Of a stretch of DNA of 28,317 bases, positions 1-9,600 are shown piece after piece. The first letter of the stretch is position 1; every line of letters begins with the position of its first letter. Source of the DNA: Utricularia gibba (Eukaryota; Plantae; Magnoliophyta); assembly GCA_002189035.1 (NCBI GenBank), contig NEEC01000486.1, positions 1-28,317 on the forward strand. The letters are read 5' to 3'. Position numbers and translations under genes: made by a program. Below the pieces are notes generated by a model. That model did not search any database, was not told the DNA's origin, and saw nothing but the letters and a program-made list of their open reading frames with translations.

Positions 1-424
1 TTATTAACGTTCGGTTTTCAGGGGCTTCCTACAAGGTTTTTCAAGGAACAACTTCTCGTTTTGTGTCGGCCACTCTCACTGGGCACTTGGTCCGGCGCTG
101 CGTTCGGTCCGGCTCATGAGCCCAACCGGGTGCGAGTCGACGAAAATAATGATGCATTTGTTTAAAGTAAGATGTCACGTGCACCCCACATGATTTTTTT
201 CAACAACTTACTTTATACTTGAGGAGGCGGTCTTGGGGGCACCTAGAACGGGACAAAGGTCAGGTTGGGTTAGGGCCGAAAGTTAGTTGTAGCCTGGCAA
301 CTAAAGCGATGCACTTATTAACGTTCGGTTTTCAGGGGCTTCCTACAAGGTTTTTCAAGGAACAACTTCTCGTTTTGTGTCGGCCACTCTCACTGGGCAC
401 TTGGTCCGGCGCTGCGTTCGGTCC

Positions 425-436
425 GGCTCATGAGCC
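425..436. other. Perfect 12-bp palindrome GGCTCATGAGCC (once per monomer)
   Basis: The sequence equals its own reverse complement. Function unknown. Confidence 0.9.
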
Positions 437-473
437 CAACCGGGTGCGAGTCGACGAAAATAATGATGCATTT

Positions 474-531
474 GTTTAAAGTAAGATGTCACGTGCACCC
501 CACATGATTTTTTCAACAACTTACTTTATAC
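474..531. repeat. Imperfect inverted repeat (14/16) enclosing a second short stem; present once per monomer
   Basis: GTTTAAAGTAAGATGT (474-489) vs ACAACTTACTTTATAC (516-531), whose reverse complement is GTATAAAGTAAGTTGT. Inner stem GTCACGTG (488-495) / CACATGAT (501-508) around a CACCC loop; the two stems overlap by 2 nt. Confidence 0.85.
488..513 (+). terminator. Weak terminator-like element (imperfect hairpin followed by a T tract)
   Basis: 8-bp stem with one C-A mismatch and one G-U pair, running directly into T6 (508-513). It resembles an intrinsic terminator or a Pol III T-tract, but the stem is weak and no transcription unit is evident. Confidence 0.2.
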
Positions 532-596
532 TTGAGGAGGCGGTCTTGGGGGGCACCTAGAACGGGACAAAGGTCAGGTTGGGTTAGGGCCGAAAG

Positions 597-618
597 TTAG
601 TTGTAGCCTGGCAACTAA
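597..618. other. Short hairpin TTAGTTG-N8-CAACTAA (once per monomer)
   Basis: Perfect 7-bp stem (597-603 / 612-618), extendable by one G-U pair, around a loop containing CCTGG. Confidence 0.7.
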
Positions 619-3600
619 AGCGATGCACTTATTAACGTTCGGTTTTCAGGGGCTTCCTACAAGGTTTTTCAAGGAACAACTTCTCGTTTTGTGTCGGCCA
701 CTCTCACTGGGCACTTGGTCCGGCGCTGCGTTCGGTCCGGCTCATGAGCCCAACCGGGTGCGAGTCGACGAAAATAATGATGCATTTGTTTAAAGTAAGA
801 TGTCACGTGCACCCACATGATTTTTTTCAACAACTTACTTTATACTTGAGGAGGCGGTCTTGGGGGGCACCTAGAACGGGACAAAGGTCAGGTTGGGTTA
901 GGGCGAAAGTTAGTTGTAGCCTGGCAACTAAAGCGATGCACTTATTAACGTTCGGTTTTCAGGGGCTTCTACAAGGTTTTTCAAGGAACAACTTCTCGTT
1001 TTGTGTCGGCCACTCTCACTGGGCACTTGGTCCGGCGCTGCGTTCGGTCCGGCTCATGAGCCCAACCGGGTGCGAGTCGACGAAAATAATGATGCATTTG
1101 TTTAAAGTAAGATGTCACGTGCACCCCACATGATTTTTTCAACAACTTACTTTATACTTGAGGAGGCGGTCTTGGGGGCACCTAGAACGGGACAAAGGTC
1201 AGGTTGGGTTAGGGCCGAAAGTTAGTTGTAGCCTGGCAACTAAAGCGATGCACTTATTAACGTTCGGTTTTCAGGGGCTTCCTACAAGGTTTTTCAAGGA
1301 ACAACTTCTCGTTTTGTGTCGGCCACTCTCACTGGGCTTGGTCCGGCGCTGCGTTCGGTCCGGCTCATGAGCCCAACCGGGTGCGAGTCGACGAAAATAA
1401 TGATGCATTTGTTTAAAGTAAGATGTCACGTGCACCCCACATGATTTTTTCAACAACTTACTTTATACTTGAGGAGGCGGTCTTGGGGGCACCTAGAACG
1501 GGACAAAGGTCAGGTTGGGTTAGGGCCGAAAGTTAGTTGTAGCCTGGCAACTAAAGCGATGCACTTATTAACGTTCGGTTTTCAGGGGCTTCCTACAAGG
1601 TTTTTCAAGGAACAACTTCTCGTTTTGTGTCGGCCACTCTCACTGGGCACTTGGTCCGGCGCTGCGTTCGTCCGGCTCATGAGCCCAACCGGGTGCGAGT
1701 CGACGAAAATAATGATGCATTTGTTTAAAGTAAGATGTCACGTGCACCCCACATGATTTTTTCAACAACTTACTTTATACTTGAGGAGGCGGTCTTGGGG
1801 GCACCTAGAACGGGACAAAGGTCAGGTTGGGTTAGGGCCGAAAGTTAGTTGTAGCCTGGCAACTAAAGCGATGCACTTATTAACGTTCGGTTTTCAGGGG
1901 CTTCCTACAAGGTTTTTCAAGGAACAACTTCTCGTTTTGTGTCGGCCACTCTCACTGGGCACTTGGTCCGGCGCTGCGTTCGGTCGGCTCATGAGCCCAA
2001 CCGGGTGCGAGTCGACGAAAATAATGATGCATTTGTTTAAAGTAAGATGTCACGTGCACCCCACATGATTTTTTCAACAACTTACTTTATACTTGAGGAG
2101 GCGGTTGGGGGGCACCTAGAAGGGGACAAAGGTCAGGTTGGGTTAGGGCCGAAAGTTAGTTGTAGCCTGGCAACTAAAGCGATGCACTTATTAACGTTCG
2201 GTTTTCAGGGGCTTCCTACAAGGTTTTTCAAGGAACAACTTCTCGTTTTGTGTCGGCCACTCTCACTGGGCACTTGGTCCGGCGCTGCGTTCGGTCCGGC
2301 TCATGAGCCCAACCGGGTGCGAGTCGACGAAAATAATGATGCATTTGTTTAAAGTAAGATGTCACGTGCACCCCACATGATTTTTTCAACAACTTACTTT
2401 ATACTTGAGGAGGCGGTCTTGGGGGGCACCTAGAACGGGACAAAGGTCAGGTTGGGTTAGGGCCGAAAGTTAGTTGTAGCCTGGCAACTAAAGCGATGCA
2501 CTTATTAACGTTCGGTTTTCAGGGGCTTCCTACAAGGTTTTTCAAGGAACAACTTCTCGTTTTGTGTCGGCCACTCTCACTGGGCACTTGGTCCGGCGCT
2601 GCGTTCGGTCCGGCTCATGAGCCCAACCGGGTGCGAGTCGACGAAAATAATGATGCATTTGTTTAAAGTAAGATGTCACGTGCACCCCACATGATTTTTT
2701 CAACAACTTACTTTATACTTGAGGAGGCGGTCTTGGGGGCACCTAGAACGGGACAAAGGTCAGGTTGGGTTAGGGCCGAAAGTTAGTTGTAGCCTGGCAA
2801 CTAAAGCGATGCACTTATTAACGTTCGGTTTTCAGGGGCTTCCTACAAGGTTTTTCAAGGAACAACTTCTCGTTTTGTGTCGGCCACTCTCACTGGGCAC
2901 TTGGTCCGGCGCTGCGTTCGGTCCGGCTCATGAGCCCAACCGGGTGCGAGTCGACGAAAATAATGATGCATTTGTTTAAAGTAAGATGTCACGTGCACCC
3001 CACATGATTTTTTCAACAACTTACTTTATACTTGAGGAGGCGGTCTTGGGGGGCACCTAGAACGGGACAAAGGTCAGGTTGGGTTAGGGCCGAAAGTTAG
3101 TTGTAGCCTGGCAACTAAAGCGATGCACTTATTAACGTTCGGTTTTCAGGGGCTTCCTACAAGGTTTTTCAAGGAACAACTTCTCGTTTTGTGTCGGCCA
3201 CTCTCACTGGGCACTTGGTCCGGCGCTGCGTTCGGTCCGGCTCATGAGCCCAACCGGGTGCGAGTCGACGAAAATAATGATGCATTTGTTTAAAGTAAGA
3301 TGTCACGTGCACCCCACATGATTTTTTCAACAACTTACTTTATACTTGAGGAGGCGGTCTTGGGGGCACCTAGAACGGGACAAAGGTCAGGTTGGGTTAG
3401 GGCCGAAAGTTAGTTGTAGCCTGGCAACTAAAGCGATGCACTTATTAACGTTCGGTTTTCAGGGGCTTCCTACAGGTTTTTCAAGGAACAACTTCTCGTT
3501 TTGTGTCGGCCACTCTCACTGGGCACTTGGTCCGGCGCTGCGTTCGGTCCGGCTCATGAGCCCAACCGGGTGCGAGTCGACGAAAATAATGATGCATTTG

Positions 3601-6600
3601 TTTAAAGTAAGATGTCACGTGCACCCCACATGATTTTTTCAACAACTTACTTTATACTTGAGGAGGCGGTCTTGGGGGGCACCTAGAACGGGACAAAGGT
3701 CAGGTTGGGTTAGGGCCGAAAGTTAGTTGTAGCCTGGCAACTAAAGCGATGCACTTATTAACGTTCGGTTTTCAGGGGCTTCCTACAAGGTTTTTCAAGG
3801 AACAACTTCTCGTTTTGTGTCGGCCACTCTCACTGGGCACTTGGTCCGGCGCTGCGTTCGGTCCGGCTCATGAGCCCAACCGGGTGCGAGTCGACGAAAA
3901 TAATGATGCATTTGTTTAAAGTAAGATGTCACGTGCACCCCACATGATTTTTTCAACAACTTACTTTATACTTGAGGAGGCGGTCTTGGGGGGCACCTAG
4001 AACGGGACAAAGGTCAGGTTGGGTTAGGGCCGAAAGTTAGTTGTAGCCTGGCAACTAAAGCGATGCACTTATTAACGTTCGGTTTTCAGGGGCTTCCTAC
4101 AAGGTTTTTCAAGGAACAACTTCTCGTTTTGTGTCGGCCACTCTCACTGGGCACTTGGTCCGGCGCTGCGTTCGGTCCGGCTCATGAGCCCAACCGGGTG
4201 CGAGTCGACGAAAATAATGATGCATTTGTTTAAAGTAATGTCACGTGCACCCCACATGATTTTTTCAACAACTTACTTTATACTTGAGGAGGCGGTCTTG
4301 GGGGGCACCTAGAACGGGACAAAGGTCAGGTTGGGTTAGGGCCGAAAGTTAGTTGTAGCCTGGCAACTAAAGCGATGCACTTATTAACGTTCGGTTTTCA
4401 GGGGCTTCCTACAAGGTTTTTCAAGGAACAACTTCTCGTTTTGTGTCGGCCACTCTCACTGGGCACTTGGTCCGGCGCTGCGTTCGGTCCGGCTCATGAG
4501 CCAACCGGGTGCGAGTCGACGAAAATAATGATGCATTTGTTTAAAGTAAGATGTCACGTGCACCCCACATGATTTTTTCAACAACTTACTTTATACTTGA
4601 GGAGGCGTCTTGGGGGCACTAGAACGGGGACAAAGGTCAGGTTGGGTTAGGGCCGAAAGTTAGTTGTAGCCTGGCAACTAAAGCGATGCACTTATTAACG
4701 TTCGGTTTTCAGGGGCTTCCTACAAGGTTTTTCAAGGAACAACTTCTCGTTTTGTGTCGGCCACTCTCACTGGGCACTTGGTCCGGCGCTGCGTTCGGTC
4801 CGGCTCATGAGCCCAACCGGGTGCGAGTCGACGAAAATAATGATGCATTTGTTTAAAGTAAGATGTCACGTGCACCCACATGATTTTTTCAACAACTTAC
4901 TTTATACTTGAGGAGGCGGTCTTGGGGGGCACCTAGAAGGGACAAAGGTCAGGTTGGGTTAGGGCCGAAAGTTAGTTGTAGCCTGGCAACTAAAGCGATG
5001 CACTTATTAACGTTCGGTTTTCAGGGGCTTCCTACAAGGTTTTTCAAGGAACAACTTCTCGTTTTGTGTCGGCCACTCTCACTGGGCACTTGGTCCGGCG
5101 CTGCGTTCGGTCCGGCTCATGAGCCCAACCGGGTGCGAGTCGACGAAAATAATGATGCATTTGTTAAAGTAAGATGTCACGTGCACCCCACATGATTTTT
5201 TCAACAACTTACTTTATACTTGAGGAGGCGGTCTTGGGGGGCACCTAGAACGGGACAAAGGTCAGGTTGGGTTAGGGCCGAAAGTTAGTTGTAGCCTGGC
5301 AACTAAAGCGATGCACTTATTAACGTTCGGTTTTCAGGGGCTTCCTACAAGGTTTTTCAAGGAACAACTTCTCGTTTTGTGTCGGCCACTCTCACTGGGC
5401 ACTTGGTCCGGCGCTGCGTTCGGTCCGGCTCATGAGCCCAACCGGGTGCGAGTCGACGAAAATAATGATGCATTTGTTTAAAGTAAGATGTCACGTGCAC
5501 CCCACATGATTTTTTCAACAACTTACTTTATACTTGAGGAGGCGGTCTTGGGGGGCACCTAGAACGGGACAAAGGTCAGGTTGGTTAGGGCCGAAAGTTA
5601 GTTGTAGCCTGGCAACTAAAGCGATGCACTTATTAACGTTCGGTTTTCAGGGGCTTCCTACAAGGTTTTTCAAGGAACAACTTCTCGTTTTGTGTCGGCC
5701 ACTCTCACTGGGCACTTGGTCCGGCGCTGCGTTCGGTCCGGCTCATGAGCCCAACCGGGTGCGAGTCGACGAAAATAATGATGCATTTGTTTAAAGTAAG
5801 CACGTGCACCCCACATGATTTTTTCAACAACTTACTTTATACTTGAGGAGGCGGTCTTGGGGGGCACCTAGAACGGGACAAAGGTCAGGTTGGGTTAGGG
5901 CCGAAAGTTAGTTGTAGCCTGGCAACTAAAGCGATGCACTTATTAACGTTCGGTTTTCAGGGGCTTCCTACAAGGTTTTTCAAGGAACAACTTCTCGTTT
6001 TGTGTCGGCCACTCTCACTGGGCACTTGGTCCGGCGCTGCGTTCGGTCCGGCTCATGAGCCCAACCGGGTGCGAGTCGACGAAAATAATGATGCATTTGT
6101 TTAAAGTAAGATGTCACGTGCACCCCACATGATTTTTTCAACAACTTACTTTATACTTGAGGAGGCGGTCTTGGGGGGCACCTAGAACGGGACAAGGTCA
6201 GGTTGGGTTAGGGCCGAAAGTTAGTTGTAGCCTGGCAACTAAAGCGATGCACTTATTAACGTTCGGTTTTCAGGGGCTTCCTACAAGGTTTTTCAAGGAA
6301 CAACTTCTCGTTTTGTGTCGGCCACTCACTGGGCACTTGGTCCGGCGCTGCGTTCGGTCCGGCTCATGAGCCCAACCGGTGCGAGTCGACGAAAATAATG
6401 ATGCATTTGTTTAAAGTAAGATGTCACGTGCACCCCACATGATTTTTTCAACAACTTACTTTATACTTGAGGAGGCGGTCTTGGGGGGCACCTAGAAGGG
6501 ACAAAGGTCAGGTTGGGTTAGGGCCGAAAGTTAGTTGTAGCCTGGCAACTAAAGCGATGCACTTATTAACGTTCGGTTTTCAGGGGCTTCCTACAAGGTT

Positions 6601-9600
6601 TTTCAAGGAACAACTTCTCGTTTTGTGTCGGCCACTCTCACTGGGCACTTGGTCCGGCGCTGCGTTCGGTCCGGCTCATGAGCCCAACCGGGTGCGAGTC
6701 GACGAAAATAATGATGCATTTGTTTAAAGTAAGATGTCACGTGCACCCCACATGATTTTTTCAACAACTTACTTTATACTTGAGGAGGCGGTCTTGGGGG
6801 GCACCTAGAACGGGACAAAGGTCAGGTTGGGTTAGGGCCGAAAGTTAGTTGTAGCCTGGCAACTAAAGCGATGCACTTATTAACGTTCGGTTTTCAGGGG
6901 CTTCCTACAAGGTTTTTCAAGGAACAACTTCTCGTTTTGTGTCGGCCACTCTCACTGGGCACTTGGTCCGGCGCTGCGTTCGGTCCGGCTCATGAGCCCA
7001 ACCGGTGCGAGTCGACGAAAATAATGATGCATTTGTTTAAAGTAAGATGTCACGTGCACCCCACATGATTTTTTCAACAACTTACTTTATACTTGAGGAG
7101 GCGGTCTTGGGGGCACCTAGAACGGGACAAAGGTCAGGTTGGGTTAGGGCCGAAAGTTAGTTGTAGCCTGGCAACTAAAGCGATGCACTTATTAACGTTC
7201 GGTTTTCAGGGGCTTCCTACAAGGTTTTTCAAGGAACAACTTCTCGTTTTGTGTCGGCCACTCTCACTGGGCACTTGGTCCGGCGCTGCGTTCGGTCCGG
7301 CTCATGAGCCCAACCGGGTGCGAGTCGACGAAAATAATGATGCATTTGTTTAAAGTAAGATGTCACGTGCACCCACATGATTTTTTCAACAACTTACTTT
7401 ATACTTGAGGAGGCGGTCTTGGGGGCACCTAGAACGGGACAAAGGTCAGGTTGGGTTAGGGCCGAAAGTTAGTTGTAGCCTGGCAACTAAAGCGATGCAC
7501 TTATTAACGTTCGGTTTTCAGGGGCTTCCTACAAGGTTTTTCAAGGAACAACTTCTCGTTTTGTGTCGGCCACTCTCACTGGGCACTTGGTCCGGCGCTG
7601 CGTTCGGTCCGGCTCATGAGCCCAACCGGGTGCGAGTCGACGAAAATAATGATGCATTTGTTTAAAGTAAGATGTCACGTGCACCCCATGATTTTTTCAA
7701 CAACTTACTTTATACTTGAGGAGGCGGTCTTGGGGGGCACCTAGAACGGGACAAAGGTCAGGTTGGGTTAGGGCCGAAAGTTAGTTGTAGCCTGGCAACT
7801 AAAGCGATGCACTTATTAACGTTCGGTTTTCAGGGGCTTCCTACAAGGTTTTTCAAGGAACAACTTCTCGTTTTGTGTCGGCCACTCTCACTGGGCACTT
7901 GGTCCGGCGCTGCGTTCGGTCCGGCTCATGAGCCCAACCGGGTGCGAGTCGACGAAAATAATGATGCATTTGTTTAAAGTAAGATGTCACGTGCACCCCA
8001 CATGATTTTTTCAACAACTTACTTTATACTTGAGGAGGCGGTCTTGGGGGCACCTAGAACGGGACAAAGGTCAGGTTGGGTTAGGGCCGAAAGTTAGTTG
8101 TAGCCTGGCAACTAAAGCGATGCACTTATTAACGTTCGGTTTTCAGGGGCTTCCTACAAGGTTTTTCAAGGAACAACTTCTCGTTTTGTGTCGGCCACTC
8201 TCACTGGGCACTTGGTCCGGCGCTGCGTTCGGTCCGGCTCATGAGCCCAACCGGGTGCGAGTCGACGAAAATAATGATGCATTTGTTTAAAGTAAGATGT
8301 CACGTGCACCCCACATGATTTTTTCAACAACTTACTTTATACTTGAGGAGGCGGTCTTGGGGGCACCTAGAACGGGACAAAGGTCAGGTTGGGTTAGGGC
8401 CGAAAGTTAGTTGTAGCCTGGCAACTAAAGCGATGCACTTATTAACGTTCGGTTTTCAGGGGCTTCCTACAAGGTTTTTCAAGGAACAACTTCTCGTTTT
8501 GTGTCGGCCACTCTCACTGGGCACTTGGTCGGCGCTGCGTTCGGTCCGGCTCATGAGCCCAACCGGGTGCGAGTCGACGAAAATAATGATGCATTTGTTT
8601 AAAGTAAGATGTCACGTGCACCCCACATGATTTTTTCAACAACTTACTTTATACTTGAGGAGGCGGTCTTGGGGGCACCTAGAACGGGACAAAGGTCAGG
8701 TTGGGTTAGGGCCGAAAGTTAGTTGTAGCCTGGCAACTAAAGCGATGCACTTATTAACGTTCGGTTTTCAGGGGCTTCCTACAAGGTTTTTCAAGGAACA
8801 ACTTCTCGTTTTGTGTCGGCCACTCTCACTGGGCACTTGGTCCGGCGCTGCGTTCGGTCCGGCTCATGAGCCCAACCGGGTGCGAGTCGACGAAAATAAT
8901 GATGCATTTGTTTAAAGTAAGATGTCACGTGCACCCCACATGATTTTTTCAACAACTTACTTTATACTTGAGGAGGCGGTCTTGGGGGGCACTAGAACGG
9001 GACAAAGGTCAGGTTGGGTTAGGGCCGAAAGTTAGTTGTAGCCTGGCAACTAAAGCGATGCACTTATTAACGTTCGGTTTTCAGGGGCTTCCTACAAGGT
9101 TTTTCAAGGAACAACTTCTCGTTTTGTGTCGGCCACTCTCACTGGGCACTTGGTCCGGCGCTGCGTTCGGTCCGGCTCATGAGCCCAACCGGGTGCGAGT
9201 CGACGAAAATAATGATGCATTTGTTTAAAGTAAGATGTCACGTGCACCCCACATGATTTTTTCAACAACTTACTTTATACTTGAGGAGGCGGTCTTGGGG
9301 GGCACCTAGAACGGGACAAAGGTCAGGTTGGGTTAGGGCCGAAAGTTAGTTGTAGCCTGGCAACTAAAGCGATGCACTTATTAACGTTCGGTTTTCAGGG
9401 GCTTCCTACAAGGTTTTTCAAGGAACAACTTCTCGTTTTGTGTCGGCCACTCTCACTGGGCACTTGGTCCGGCGCTGCGTTCGGTCCGGCTCATGAGCCC
9501 AACCGGTGCGAGTCGACGAAAATAATGATGCATTTGTTTAAAGTAAGATGTCACGTGCACCCCACATGATTTTTTCAACAACTTACTTTATACTTGAGGA

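Larger units (their letters stand above)
315..628 (+). repeat. Reference monomer identical to the majority consensus (314 bp; T6 and G6 tracts)
   Basis: Runs from TTATTAACG at 315 to GATGCAC at 628, and the next copy starts at 629. It matches the majority base at every position. Another 314-bp period is seen at 20729..21042. Confidence 0.95.

Noticed and set aside
450-458. GTCGACGAA, resembling part of the apscaviroid central conserved region (recalled as UCGUCGUCGACGAAGG)
   Set aside because: Only 9 nt match. The flanking inverted repeat, an intact lower strand and the terminal conserved region are missing, and other short resemblances are not collinear. Compatible with chance; a BLAST against viroids would settle it.
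427-482. Hammerhead-like arrangement CTCATGAG...CGAAA
   Set aside because: The core needs CUGANGA. Here the invariant G5 is C, stem II does not close next to GAAA, and no stem I partner exists. The minus strand has no core either.
527-560. TATACT (-10-like) and AGGAGG (Shine-Dalgarno-like) followed by TTG
   Set aside because: The -35 position reads ATGATT (3/6), the AGGAGG is too close to the -10 to be transcribed from it, and the TTG frame stops after 4 codons with G6 or 17 codons with G5.
334-568. Kinetoplast minicircle blocks: AGGGGCTTC (CSB-1-like) and minus-strand TCCCGTTC (CSB-2-like)
   Set aside because: They lie on opposite strands, and the universal CSB-3 GGGGTTGGTGTA is absent.
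488-595. Budding-yeast point-centromere look-alike: GTCACGTG (CDEI consensus RTCACRTG) with CCGAAA at CDEIII-like spacing (~82-bp interval)
   Set aside because: The interval is ~50% GC rather than the >90% AT required for CDEII, the rest of CDEIII does not match, and point centromeres are not tandem arrays.
315-628. tRNA, 5S rRNA, snRNA or spliced-leader gene repeat
   Set aside because: GTTCGGT lacks the B-box/T-loop A, there is no A-box or cloverleaf, and there is no similarity to 5S or to the spliced leaders I know. ACTTAC/GTAAG are only isolated 5-6-mers and there is no proper Sm site.
315-628. Apparent abundance of 6-bp restriction palindromes (AACGTT, TCATGA, GTCGAC, ATGCAT, TTTAAA, CACGTG, GTGCAC) suggesting a synthetic polylinker
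   Set aside because: Seven are seen against about five expected by chance in 314 bp, and they are dispersed rather than clustered.
620-645. CRESS-type or rolling-circle plasmid nick site around CACTTATTAAC, and CTTGA at 531-535
   Set aside because: No match to the NANTATTAC nonanucleotide, no flanking stem, and no match to the pC194-type CTTGATA. No Rep is encoded.
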